DNA from: a bacterium
Lineage (GTDB): Bacteria; Bacteroidota; Bacteroidia; Bacteroidales; Muribaculaceae
Length of the DNA stretch: 64,000 bases
Reading direction: 5' to 3'
Assembly (NCBI GenBank): GCA_963600695.1
Contig: CAVCBR010000004.1
Location: 135-64,134, forward strand
Shown: positions 1-9,457 of the stretch, piece after piece
Layout: each line of letters starts with the position of its first letter
How positions within the stretch are numbered: the first letter of the stretch is position 1
Position numbers and translations under genes: made by a program
The notes under the pieces: generated by a model
Told to the model about the DNA's origin: nothing
Databases searched by the model: none
What the model saw: the letters and a program-made list of their open reading frames with translations, nothing else

Positions 1-89
1 GAGAAATGAGACCGTCTGAATATCAATTGGTGCCGGTTTTGACGCACCGTATAGATGGTTGTCATTGTTTGTGATGTTGCCGGAAGTTA

Positions 90-614
90 TTAAAGGTTGA
101 TTTGATATAGGACGTGAGGTGTCAAGGGGCTGTGTGGAGGTAGTAAGGGGTGGTTAAATTCTTTGACTTTATGCATACCGATTTTTATCATGACTTTTTG
201 TGATGGTATGTTTATTGTTGAGGTGAATGAATATAGTTCGGTTAGCCCTTGCCGTTTGGCAAGATGGAGAACGGCACGAGCGGCTTCGGGCGCAAAACCG
301 TGTCTGTGGCAATCACTGCGTAACCGCCAACCAATTTCTATACCCGGTGTGAAATCGGTTTCAATGCCTATTGTATGTAATCCGACGTATCCAATAAATT
401 CGCCGGTGGCTTTGAGTGTGACAGCATACAATCCAAAGCCTTTGTTGACAAATTCATTGGTGATACGTTTGTAAAAACCATAGCTTTCGGTAGCAGTCAA
501 TGTTTTTGGAAAGTATTTCATGACCTGTGCGTCAGCATTGATCTGAGCAAATGGCTCGATGTCATCCTTAATCCAATCTCGAAGTATAAGTCGCGTGGTC
601 TCAGCGTAAATCAT
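90..614 (-). CDS. GNAT N-acetyltransferase, RimJ/RimL family
   Basis: ETTRLILRDW start, EIGWRL, GFAPEAA and N..SQKVMIKIGM motifs typical of Acetyltransf_3. Confidence 0.9.
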   Translation of the reverse strand: MIYAETTRLILRDWIKDDIEPFAQINADAQVMKYFPKTLTATESYGFYKRITNEFVNKGFGLYAVTLKATGEFIGYVGLHTIGIETDFTPGIEIGWRLRSDCHRHGFAPEAARAVLHLAKRQGLTELYSFTSTINIPSQKVMIKIGMHKVKEFNHPLLPPHSPLTPHVLYQINL

Positions 615-632
615 TGTGGTGTAATGGTTAAT

Positions 633-666
633 AAAAAAGCATACTCGGTGGGGAGTATGCTTTTTT
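633..666. terminator. Intrinsic terminator after rplI
   Basis: aaaaaagcatactc-ggtggg-gagtatgctttttt inverted repeat with A/T tracts. Confidence 0.85.
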
Positions 667-685
667 ATTATGTGTGGTGTTGTGA

Positions 686-1129
686 TTATTCGGCAACGAC
701 CTCGAAGGGGATCTCTACGCTGACTTCTTTGTGGAAGGTGATAGTGGCGGTGTATTTGCCAACTTCTTTGACAGCTTCTTTGATAGAGATGAGTTTGCGA
801 TCAACGTTGTGACCGAGTTTTTCGAGGGCTTCGGCAATTTGAATGGCGTTAACCGAGCCAAATACTGTGCCTGTAGAGCTGGTTTTGGCACCGATGGTGA
901 GTTCTACGCCTTGGAGGGCGGCAGCGGCAGCCTCGGCATCAGCTTTGATTTGGGCGAGTTTGTGAGCGCGTTGGCGTTGGTTTTCAGCCAAGATTTTAAG
1001 CGCCGACGGTGTGGCGATAACGCCTTTGCCGGTCGGGATCAGATAGTTGCGACCGTAACCGTTTTTTACTTCTACGACGTCGTCCTTGTATCCAAGTCCG
1101 CGAACGTCTTCTTTAAGTATAATCTTCAT
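686..1129 (-). CDS. rplI: 50S ribosomal protein L9
   Basis: MKIILKEDV..LG...VEVKNGYGRNYLIP signature; follows rpsF-rpsR. Confidence 0.98.
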   Translation of the reverse strand: MKIILKEDVRGLGYKDDVVEVKNGYGRNYLIPTGKGVIATPSALKILAENQRQRAHKLAQIKADAEAAAAALQGVELTIGAKTSSTGTVFGSVNAIQIAEALEKLGHNVDRKLISIKEAVKEVGKYTATITFHKEVSVEIPFEVVAE

Positions 1130-1151
1130 GTTGAGTTCCAGCTTTTAGGGG

Positions 1152-1421
1152 TTATTTCATCAAGTCGGTTACGTAGGGCAGGAGTGCGAGGTGGCGAGCA
1201 CGTTTCACGGCTTGAGCTACGCGACGTTGAAATTTGAGAGATGTACCTGTGATACGACGGGGCAGGATTTTGCCTTGCTCGTTGAGGAATTTTTTGAGGA
1301 ACTCAGGGTCTTTGTAGTCGACATATTTGATACCGGCGCGTTTAAAGCGGCAGTATTTTTTCTTTTTAACGTCAACCGACATAGGGGTGAGATAGCGAAT
1401 TTCTGATTGAGTTTGTGCCAT
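1152..1421 (-). CDS. rpsR: 30S ribosomal protein S18
   Basis: [25 protein letters not shown]...[13 protein letters not shown]. Confidence 0.98.
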   Translation of the reverse strand: MAQTQSEIRYLTPMSVDVKKKKYCRFKRAGIKYVDYKDPEFLKKFLNEQGKILPRRITGTSLKFQRRVAQAVKRARHLALLPYVTDLMK

Positions 1422-1424
1422 GAT

Positions 1425-1808
1425 TTAGTCCTCCTTTTTTTCTTCGGTTTGAGCAGCGGGAGCCACTTCTTGGTTTTGTTTTGCGCCTTTGAGGCTGCGA
1501 CGTTTTTCAGCATATTGAGCTGCGTACTTGTCTAAGCGGAATGTGAGGAAGCGTATTACGCGCTCGTCACGGCGGTAGGCTGTTTCGAGTTTTTTAACGG
1601 CAGTGCCGGGGGCTTCAAACTCGATGAGAGTGTAGTAGCCGGTTGATTTTTTCTCGATGGGGTAGGCGAGTTTACGCAAGCCCCATTCTTCGGTGTTCAC
1701 AATAGTGGCATCGGCATCGGCGAGCACTTTGCTGAACTTTTCTACCGCTTCCTTCATCTGAACATCAGACAAAACGGGAGTTAAAATGAAAACGGTTTCG
1801 TAACGCAT
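1425..1808 (-). CDS. rpsF: 30S ribosomal protein S6
   Basis: MRYETVFIL...[14 protein letters not shown]...GYY. Confidence 0.98.
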   Translation of the reverse strand: MRYETVFILTPVLSDVQMKEAVEKFSKVLADADATIVNTEEWGLRKLAYPIEKKSTGYYTLIEFEAPGTAVKKLETAYRRDERVIRFLTFRLDKYAAQYAEKRRSLKGAKQNQEVAPAAQTEEKKED

Positions 1809-1869
1809 TGTAAAGTGTTAAACGATTAATAATTAGTTGATTATTGTGATTTGACTGCCAAATCGACTG

Positions 1870-1877
1870 CAAAGTTA
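1870..1877 (-). promoter_or_regulatory. Bacteroidetes -7 promoter element for rpsF operon
   Basis: TAACTTTG on minus strand, about 60 nt upstream of rpsF. Confidence 0.7.
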
Positions 1878-1973
1878 ATAATTCTCAGCCGATTATGCAA
1901 CAGTTGAGCGTGTTATGTTTGATTTTTTTTGAAAAATAGCATCAATGAGGTAAAGCTCATCGCTCGGTAGAGC

Positions 1974-2210
1974 TTATTGTTCGATAAGGTCTTGTATGAT
2001 GTTTTGTGCCTCGCTGAGGTCTTCGGGAAAGACGAGAAGCCTGATTTTGGCAAAGGGCATGCCGATAGCGCCGCTCCACATATTGGCGATGGTTTCGCCG
2101 GTGAGTGTGCAGTTTATGCCGGCATCTCTCAGTTTTGTCAGTGCGAGGTTTGCGTTGAAGTCGTTGGTGAAAGTTGCAGCAACGACAGTTTTGCGATCGT
2201 CATTTGTCAT
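1974..2210 (-). CDS. DUF2007-like small protein
   Basis: ANLALTKLRDAGI...IRLLVFPEDLSEA pattern. Confidence 0.7.
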   Translation of the reverse strand: MTNDDRKTVVAATFTNDFNANLALTKLRDAGINCTLTGETIANMWSGAIGMPFAKIRLLVFPEDLSEAQNIIQDLIEQ

Positions 2211-2241
2211 AGTTGTTGTTCGGTTTGATGGTGAGAGCTTA

Positions 2242-3345
2242 CTATTGTTTTTGTGTTATGCCAATGCCGCGCTCATCGAGCTGTTGCTGATAGCGTTTGG
2301 CGTTGGTGAGGTGTGTCGCGTAGTCTGTGGCGAAGTTGTGATAGCCTGAGAAGTCCGGACGAGCACACATATACAGATAGTCGTGTTCGGGAGCATCGAG
2401 CACGGCATCGATGGTGGCTGTTTCGACAATGCGAATGGGCCCGGGTGGAAGTCCGGCGTTGAGGTATGTGTTGTATGGCGATTGGGTGGCGAGCATGGTG
2501 TTTGTCACGCGGCGTATCGTGAAGTCGCCGATGGCGAATTTCACCGTGGGGTCGGCTTGCAACTTCATACCCTTGTCGAGACGATTGAGATATAGACGGG
2601 CAACAAGAGGTCGCTCGTCGGGTTTAGCGGTTTCTTCTTCGACTATCGAGGCTAGGGTGGTGACTTGTATGGGAGTGAGACCGAGTGTCAGAGCTTTCTG
2701 TCGGCGAGAGTCATTCCATATTTTGTCATATTGTTCGGCGAGTCGTTTGACGACACGTTCGGCTGTGCTTGTCCAATAGAAGTCGTAGGTGTCGGGGATA
2801 AATGCACCGATAAATTGTGGCTGAGTGAAGCCGCGCTCCGGTAATACGCGAGAGCAGGCATCGATGAATGCTGCCGAGTCGAAAGCCATATTTTGGGATA
2901 TACGTGTTGCCAAATCGCCGAGTGTGCGCACTTGGTTGAATGTGACTTTGACCGGAGTTTGAGCTCCGACGCGCAAGCGGTTTGTCACTGACCAAGCCTT
3001 GTCGCCGGTTGTGATGATGTATGAACCGGCGGCACGTTCGGGATCGCCACCACGTATGCGCCATAGACGGGCGACATCTGCGCCGAAATCATCTCCGAGG
3101 CGCAGTGTGAGAGTGTCGGTGATGGCATCGACTGTGCTACCACGAGGTATGTATATGCGCACACTGTCGCCTTTGCACTTGTATGTGTTGAATGCAAGGC
3201 TTGCAAAGTATGCGACAATGCCACCGGCGATGACTATTATCGCACCGATAGACAGCAATATTATGTGCTTTGTCGACAGACGTCTCTTAGTCCGTTTAGA
3301 ACGTTTGGGCTTATGCTTGGTCGTTTTGGTTTGCTTTTGTTTCAT
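2242..3345 (-). CDS. mltG: Endolytic transglycosylase MltG (YceG)
   Basis: N-terminal TM helix, LASIVEEE, LQADPT, SPYNTY..GLPPGPI. Start placed at MKQKQ (3345) because TAACTTTG lies at 3351-3358. Confidence 0.95.
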   Translation of the reverse strand: MKQKQTKTTKHKPKRSKRTKRRLSTKHIILLSIGAIIVIAGGIVAYFASLAFNTYKCKGDSVRIYIPRGSTVDAITDTLTLRLGDDFGADVARLWRIRGGDPERAAGSYIITTGDKAWSVTNRLRVGAQTPVKVTFNQVRTLGDLATRISQNMAFDSAAFIDACSRVLPERGFTQPQFIGAFIPDTYDFYWTSTAERVVKRLAEQYDKIWNDSRRQKALTLGLTPIQVTTLASIVEEETAKPDERPLVARLYLNRLDKGMKLQADPTVKFAIGDFTIRRVTNTMLATQSPYNTYLNAGLPPGPIRIVETATIDAVLDAPEHDYLYMCARPDFSGYHNFATDYATHLTNAKRYQQQLDERGIGITQKQ

Positions 3346-3512
3346 ACGTGCAAAGTTAACCATTATTCTTGGCATATAACGATGCTTGTCATCAATAAAT
3401 AACAATCAAAACACCTGAATTGTTGAGCTGTCAGAAATGTGCCTTAAAAAACTTGTTCCGGACATTTGCCGTGCAACATCAAAAAAATATTTCGTATTTC
3501 AAAAAATAGTTA

Positions 3513-3520
3513 TAACTTTG
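3513..3520 (+). promoter_or_regulatory. -7 promoter element of the B12 operon
   Basis: TAACTTTG just upstream of the riboswitch. Confidence 0.7.
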
Positions 3521-3526
3521 CGGTCT

Positions 3527-3716
3527 GAAAAGGTTGCCTATCGCAGCGGTTTGTATTTCAGACTCGGTGTTTTAGGCATTAAAAGGGAACGAAGTGAAAA
3601 TCTTCGACAGTACCCGCTGCTGTGAGTTCCATTAACAACGTTGGTCACAAAATGTCACTGGTGTAACAACCGGGAAGACGTGGCTGACGGGGACGAGTCA
3701 GAAGACCTGCCTGTTC
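3527..3716 (+). ncRNA. Cobalamin riboswitch
   Basis: Conserved blocks AAAAGGGAA..GTGAAAATC, CCCGCTGCTGT, GTCACTG..CGGGAAG and B12 box GAGTCAGAAGACCTGCC, upstream of a TonB-dependent receptor. Confidence 0.93.
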
Positions 3717-3827
3717 AACATATTCGGCTTATTAACGCCTGCGGGATTATGGGCAACAAGAGTCTAACTGCCGAGAGGTGCAATGTGCATCTTTTGGTGA
3801 GCAGATGAATTTTAGTGAATTTTTCCC

Positions 3828-3862
3828 GTCGACGTTATCTTTACCGAACGCCGACTTTTTTA
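3828..3862 (+). terminator. Leader terminator, probable riboswitch expression platform
   Basis: gtcgacgtt...aacgccgac stem (8 of 9 bp) followed by a T tract, before btuB. Confidence 0.55.
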
Positions 3863-3889
3863 TTTATATAATGTATTGTATCGATTAGA

Positions 3890-5905
3890 ATGAACAAATC
3901 GTCAATTATTATTACAAGCCTCCTTTGTTTAACCTGTGCCACGGCATGGGGTGGGGGTGTCGGCGACTCGACACAGCAGACTAATGATTCTATTGAACAA
4001 CTTGGCGAGGTCGAAGTTGTGGCTCACCGACGAGCCATTGAAGTTATACCGGCGCAACGCCTTTCAGGCGAAGAATTGCAACGGTTGAACTCTAACAGTA
4101 TAGCCGACGCGTTGCGTTACTTCTCGGGTGTTCAAGTTAAAGATTATGGTGGCGTAGGTGGCATCAAGACAGTCAACATACGCTCGATGGGCACAAATCA
4201 TACCGGTGTTGTCTATGATGGTATCGAGCTTGGCAATGCCCAAAACGGACAAATCGACCTCGGTCAATTCTCCCTTGACAATATCGAAGCAATTTCGCTC
4301 TACAATGGACAGAAGAGCGATATACTCCAGCCTGCCAAAGATTATGGCTCGGCAGGTACCATCTATATACGAACGCGCACGCCCCACTTTGCTCCCGGAA
4401 AGCAATATAACTTGCGAGCCACGTTGCGTGCCGGTTCTTTTGACTTGATCAATCCGTCGGCAAACTTTGATGTCAAATTGTCCGAAAAAGTAAATGCCAC
4501 GTTGAGCGCCGAGTGGATAAATTCGAGCGGCAAGTATAAATTCAGATACCGACGTGTCAACACAGCCGGCGAACTTGCTTATGACACAACAGCCACGCGT
4601 GAAAACGGCGACATCAATGCCACGCGCATCGAAGCCGGTGTCAATGGCATCATATCTGAGGGCGAATGGCACGTCAAAGCTTACAATTACAATTCCGAGC
4701 GCGGAGTTCCCGGAGCCATCGTCAACAACGTGTGGCGTCGTGGCGAGCGCATTTGGGACACAAACTCGTTTGTACAAGGCAGTTTTACAAAGACAATCGG
4801 CAAATTCACAACATTGGCAAATGCCAAATATGCCTTTTATCGCACTCACTATGTCAACAATGATGATCGACAGATAAAGATTGACAACCTATACAAGCAA
4901 AAAGAATTTTACATTTCGTCTGCCAACGAATATATCATCAAATCATGGTGGCGAGTATCGGCAAGCTATGATTTTATGTATAACGGACTTAATGCCGATG
5001 TCTATGACTTTGCAAAGCCTGATCGCTTTACGAATATGCTGTCGGTCGCCACAGCCATCAACTATCGTCGTTTCAAGGCACAAGCCAGCGCACTCTATAC
5101 TTATATTCACGATGAACTCAAGGGGCAACAGGCTCCCGACGACAAGAACGTTGTCACCCCGGCAGTGTTTACCTCCTATTCTCTATTGAATAACAGAGAG
5201 CTTACTGTTAGAGCATTCTATAAACAATCATTCAGAATGCCAACATTCAACGACTTGTATTATGCCGATATGGGCAACTCTAAACTTGACCCCGAACGCG
5301 TGACACAGTATAACCTTGGTGTCGTTTATGACAAAACAAAACGTGGATTTATCAGCGGAGTGCGAGTGAGTGTAGATGCTTATTATAATTATGTGAAGAA
5401 TAAAATTGTAGCCTATCCCAAGGGACAACAATTCAGGTGGACGATGCTCAATCTTGGCAAAGTTGACATTAGGGGCATTGACGCTACGGCTCAACTCACG
5501 CTAAATCCGGCACGTCAGTTATATATCACGGCACGAGTACAATATACATACCAACGCGCCATTGATATTACCGACCCTGCCGACAACTATTATCGCGACC
5601 AAATACCCTACATACCTCATCACTCGGGGTCTGCGGTGATCAACGCCACGTGGCGAAAATGGAATCTCAATTACAGTTTCATTTATGTCGGCGAGCGTTA
5701 CAATCAACAAGAAAACATACGCTACAACTATACTCAGCCGTGGTACACCAGTGATATCTCTTTGAGTCGCGATATACAGCTCGGCAAAGTCTCGTTGCGA
5801 GCACTCATCGAAGTCAACAATCTCCTGTCTCAGGATTATGATGTCATACTCAACTACCCAATGCCGAAACGTAATTATCGTTTTACAATAACGGTTGAAA
5901 TATGA
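3890..5905 (+). CDS. btuB: TonB-dependent cobalamin receptor (BtuB-like)
   Basis: Signal peptide, plug domain (ADALRYFSGVQVKDYGGVGGIKTVNIRS), RMPTFNDLYY, C-terminal beta strand; riboswitch context. Confidence 0.88.
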   Translation: MNKSSIIITSLLCLTCATAWGGGVGDSTQQTNDSIEQLGEVEVVAHRRAIEVIPAQRLSGEELQRLNSNSIADALRYFSGVQVKDYGGVGGIKTVNIRSMGTNHTGVVYDGIELGNAQNGQIDLGQFSLDNIEAISLYNGQKSDILQPAKDYGSAGTIYIRTRTPHFAPGKQYNLRATLRAGSFDLINPSANFDVKLSEKVNATLSAEWINSSGKYKFRYRRVNTAGELAYDTTATRENGDINATRIEAGVNGIISEGEWHVKAYNYNSERGVPGAIVNNVWRRGERIWDTNSFVQGSFTKTIGKFTTLANAKYAFYRTHYVNNDDRQIKIDNLYKQKEFYISSANEYIIKSWWRVSASYDFMYNGLNADVYDFAKPDRFTNMLSVATAINYRRFKAQASALYTYIHDELKGQQAPDDKNVVTPAVFTSYSLLNNRELTVRAFYKQSFRMPTFNDLYYADMGNSKLDPERVTQYNLGVVYDKTKRGFISGVRVSVDAYYNYVKNKIVAYPKGQQFRWTMLNLGKVDIRGIDATAQLTLNPARQLYITARVQYTYQRAIDITDPADNYYRDQIPYIPHHSGSAVINATWRKWNLNYSFIYVGERYNQQENIRYNYTQPWYTSDISLSRDIQLGKVSLRALIEVNNLLSQDYDVILNYPMPKRNYRFTITVEI

Positions 5906-7065
5906 GCACATTAACACGAAATATAGTTTTTCTTTTAATATTGCCAATAATCTCGGTGGCAGCCACAAGTTGTCGTGAGGACGAACTTGTGGTGCCCACT
6001 GAGTATGACATCATCGGTGACGAGATGCCCGATTCGCCGGTACAGGGACTATACCTTGTCAACGAGGGGAATATGGGTTCAAATAAATGTACCATCGATT
6101 TTTTTGACTATCATACCGGACTATATGCCCGCAATATATATGCCGAGCGCAACCCCGAGGTCATCAAAGAGCTCGGAGATGTCGGCAACGACATAGCTAT
6201 ATATGGCTCAAAACTTTATGCAGTAATCAACTGCTCGCACAAAGTTGAGGTTATGAATGCGCACACCGGGCGCCGCATAGGACAGGTAGACATACCCAAC
6301 TGTCGCTACATACGCTTTTATCGTGGCAAGGCATACGTCAGCTCATATGTTGGGCCCGTGCTAATCGACCCGACAGCTCCCAAAGGTGCGGTTTATGAAA
6401 TAGACACGCTGTCGTTGGCAGTGACACGTCGCGTCACTGTCGGTTATCAACCCGAAGAAATGGAGATCGTCGGTGACTATATGTATGTTGCCAACTCAGG
6501 GGGGTATCGCGCACCGGATTACGATAACACCGTGTCGGTCATACAGATGATAGACTTCAAGCAGGTGAGACAAATAGACGTTGACATTAACCTGCATCGC
6601 GTAAAGCGTGACCAATATAATAAACTTTGGGTCAGCTCTCGTGGTGACTACCAAAGCCATCACTCCAATTTATTTGTTCTTGACCGCAATAAAATGACCG
6701 GTGAGATGGAAGTCACCGATCGGCTTGACATACCATGCTCGAATATGGCTATACATGGTGACTCATTGTTTTATTATGCCACTGAGTGGAACAACTTTAC
6801 GGCTCAAAATACAATCTCATACGGCATTATTGATGTGCGCACAAAGAAGGTGCTTTCAAACAACTTCATTACAGATGGCACCGAGCGCGAAATTACCATA
6901 CCATATGGCATTGCCGTGCATCCCATAACCGGTGACATTTTTGTCACCGATGCCAAAAATTATGTCAGCAGCGGTACACTCTATTGCTTTGACCGCCACG
7001 GACGTAAAAAATGGAGCGCACGCACCGGCGACATTCCCGCTCATATTTGCTTCCTCGAAAACTAA
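5902..7065 (+). CDS. btuG: BtuG-like beta-propeller lipoprotein (YncE family)
   Basis: Lipobox ATSC, LYLVNEGNMG, ELGDVGND, PYGIAVHP; ATGA overlap with btuB. Confidence 0.8.
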   Translation: MSTLTRNIVFLLILPIISVAATSCREDELVVPTEYDIIGDEMPDSPVQGLYLVNEGNMGSNKCTIDFFDYHTGLYARNIYAERNPEVIKELGDVGNDIAIYGSKLYAVINCSHKVEVMNAHTGRRIGQVDIPNCRYIRFYRGKAYVSSYVGPVLIDPTAPKGAVYEIDTLSLAVTRRVTVGYQPEEMEIVGDYMYVANSGGYRAPDYDNTVSVIQMIDFKQVRQIDVDINLHRVKRDQYNKLWVSSRGDYQSHHSNLFVLDRNKMTGEMEVTDRLDIPCSNMAIHGDSLFYYATEWNNFTAQNTISYGIIDVRTKKVLSNNFITDGTEREITIPYGIAVHPITGDIFVTDAKNYVSSGTLYCFDRHGRKKWSARTGDIPAHICFLEN

Positions 7066-7081
7066 TTGACAAAAAACGACA

Positions 7082-8344
7082 ATGATGAATATCTGTCACA
7101 ACATAAAGAACGGTTTATTGGCAATGATGGTGATATTGTTGCTGAATGCACTTGTGGCTTGTGACAACGAGATTCCGACTGTCAGCCTCGGTCTTGACGA
7201 CTATTATCGTGTTGAGCGAATGAAAAAACTCGACCTAAATCCGGCACTCACCGGCGCTGACTATCGTTGGACAATTACCCGCCCCGATGGCACAGACAGC
7301 GTCATTGATGGCAGTCGTCGTTTGGTATTTCTCACTGCTGACGAGGGACGATACAAATTGCGTTTTGATATCATTGACCCGGAGACACCGGTCAGTCACA
7401 CACTCATAGTTGACATTACGCACGAAGAAGTGGAATATAGTCCCTACATTGCCAATGTGTTGGAATATTGTCCTGCTCCCGGTCAGTTCGTCAACGATAT
7501 GCCTCGTTATGATGAGGGTGACACCGCCGAGGATATGGCTCGCAAAGCCACCGAATGCATCTCGGGCACAAATGACGTAATGATTTCACTCGGAGCATAC
7601 GGTGGCTATGTGACATTTGCTTTTGATCATACGGTCGTCAATCTGCCCGGCAATGACATACGAATTTGGGGCAACTGCTTTTATGAGGCAGGTGACCCCG
7701 AAAGTCGCGGAGGCAGTGCCGAACCGGGTATAATTATGGTGTGCTACGATGCCAATGCCAACGGCTTGCCCGACGATCCATGGTACGAACTTGCGGGTAG
7801 CGAGTACTACTCCAAAGCCACTCGCCACAACTATTCGGTGACATACACTCGTCATGATCCCACCGCCACACCGGTTTCAGATGGCTCGCTTGACGATGTC
7901 TATTACATACCATGGACAGATAGTGAGGGAGAGAAAGGATATGTCTCACATAATATCTTCCATGAAGGTGATTATTGGCCTAAATGGTTGCCTCAACAAA
8001 CACTTACGTTTACCGGCAGTTGTTTGGCGCAAAATGCAAAAGATCTTAGTGGCGAAGGCACATACTATGTTCTTTACAGCTATCCTTGGGGATATGTTGA
8101 CAATCACCCCAATGACTATGCCGATCTCAACTCCTTTGATATCTCAAATGCCGTTGATGACCAAGGACACCCGGTTAAACTTCCCGGCGCAGATTGGATA
8201 CGTGTTTACACCGGTATCAATCAGTATTGCGGATGGCTGGGTGAAACATCGACAGAATTGTCTCGTGCCGCCGACTTGCATGTCATTGCGTCAAGTGTGC
8301 CGACTGCTGTACCTAAATATAAAAGTAAAACAACTAAAAAATAA
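7082..8344 (+). CDS. PKD-domain surface lipoprotein, BtuH-like
   Basis: Lipobox LVAC; PAPGQFVN, ISLGAYGGY, PDDPWYELAGS, GWLGETSTE motifs of Bacteroides B12-locus surface proteins. Confidence 0.7.
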   Translation: MMNICHNIKNGLLAMMVILLLNALVACDNEIPTVSLGLDDYYRVERMKKLDLNPALTGADYRWTITRPDGTDSVIDGSRRLVFLTADEGRYKLRFDIIDPETPVSHTLIVDITHEEVEYSPYIANVLEYCPAPGQFVNDMPRYDEGDTAEDMARKATECISGTNDVMISLGAYGGYVTFAFDHTVVNLPGNDIRIWGNCFYEAGDPESRGGSAEPGIIMVCYDANANGLPDDPWYELAGSEYYSKATRHNYSVTYTRHDPTATPVSDGSLDDVYYIPWTDSEGEKGYVSHNIFHEGDYWPKWLPQQTLTFTGSCLAQNAKDLSGEGTYYVLYSYPWGYVDNHPNDYADLNSFDISNAVDDQGHPVKLPGADWIRVYTGINQYCGWLGETSTELSRAADLHVIASSVPTAVPKYKSKTTKK

Positions 8345-8373
8345 CGATTTAAAAATCGATAAATCTGTGTGAT

Positions 8374-9336
8374 ATGAAACATCATTACAAAACAATCCTG
8401 ACTTTGCTGTTTGTGGCATTTGCGTTTGCCACGACACGAGCCACAACACTTGAATTTGACAAAATCAAGTACTGGGTCGGCGAGGGAGACTCAAAGGCAG
8501 CATTCGTGGTTTACTTCAATGGCACCAACAAGGCACAAGTTTGGGGCTATCGTTGGAACAAAGACGAGGTGACGCCATCGGGGGCAGATATGGCAAAAGC
8601 CATAGCGTCCGGCTCTGACGATTTTGCCGTGATGATACAGTGGACAAATTTCGGCTACACATTTTCGGGTGCCGGATACAGTCCAAAACACAACTCAATA
8701 ATGTCATACATACACTATGACTTTGAGGGAGCTACTGAAGATGCCAATATATCATTTGGTTACTATACGCCCAATAGCGGTATGGGGCAGACCGTAGCCC
8801 CCGGTGCCTCAACACCGGATATTTGTGGTGAAGCAATTCAAGAAGCAATTACCACACATATCATCGAGCATCCTCTTAATCACAACACATGTGGTTATAG
8901 TGCATATGATTATGATCACTGGCAACTTGTTGAAGGTGCTCCCAAAGACATTCTTTGGCGTGCCGGATGGTACATAGGCTATTGGAGCTATTGGGTTGGC
9001 GACACCAATCTTAGTGAATTCGGATATTCGGGCCTCGGTATGTCATCTGTTGAGCTTGTAGATGGCGCAGTTAACGGTTGGGCATACTACATTTTATCGG
9101 GCGATGACTATGGTATGACTTCTGTCGATTGGGATATAGTCGAACTTGATTATGACCATCTTGACACAGATGGCGTTGAGACGATCACCGCAAATGAGAT
9201 CTATGATGACTTGACAAAAGTTTATTCGCTCAGTGGTATGTATCTCGGAACATTCAATAAGATACGAGATAAATTAAATCGCGGCATTTACATATTGCGC
9301 ACAACCAATGGATCTACAGCTAAAATATGTCTCTGA
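8374..9336 (+). CDS. Secreted Trp/Tyr-rich protein with T9SS C-terminal domain
   Basis: Signal peptide; YWVGEG, YDYDHW, GYWSYW; C-terminal VYSLSG...GIYIL. Confidence 0.7.
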   Translation: MKHHYKTILTLLFVAFAFATTRATTLEFDKIKYWVGEGDSKAAFVVYFNGTNKAQVWGYRWNKDEVTPSGADMAKAIASGSDDFAVMIQWTNFGYTFSGAGYSPKHNSIMSYIHYDFEGATEDANISFGYYTPNSGMGQTVAPGASTPDICGEAIQEAITTHIIEHPLNHNTCGYSAYDYDHWQLVEGAPKDILWRAGWYIGYWSYWVGDTNLSEFGYSGLGMSSVELVDGAVNGWAYYILSGDDYGMTSVDWDIVELDYDHLDTDGVETITANEIYDDLTKVYSLSGMYLGTFNKIRDKLNRGIYILRTTNGSTAKICL

Positions 9337-9457
9337 AAAAATATAATCAGCAGTAGTATAGAAATTTAAATAAACAACCATTTTATAAATCATTGAGTCG
9401 GGAATGTTCCATTTAGAGCATTTTTATGGAAGTTGCCGGTTCTAAAAACATTAAATT

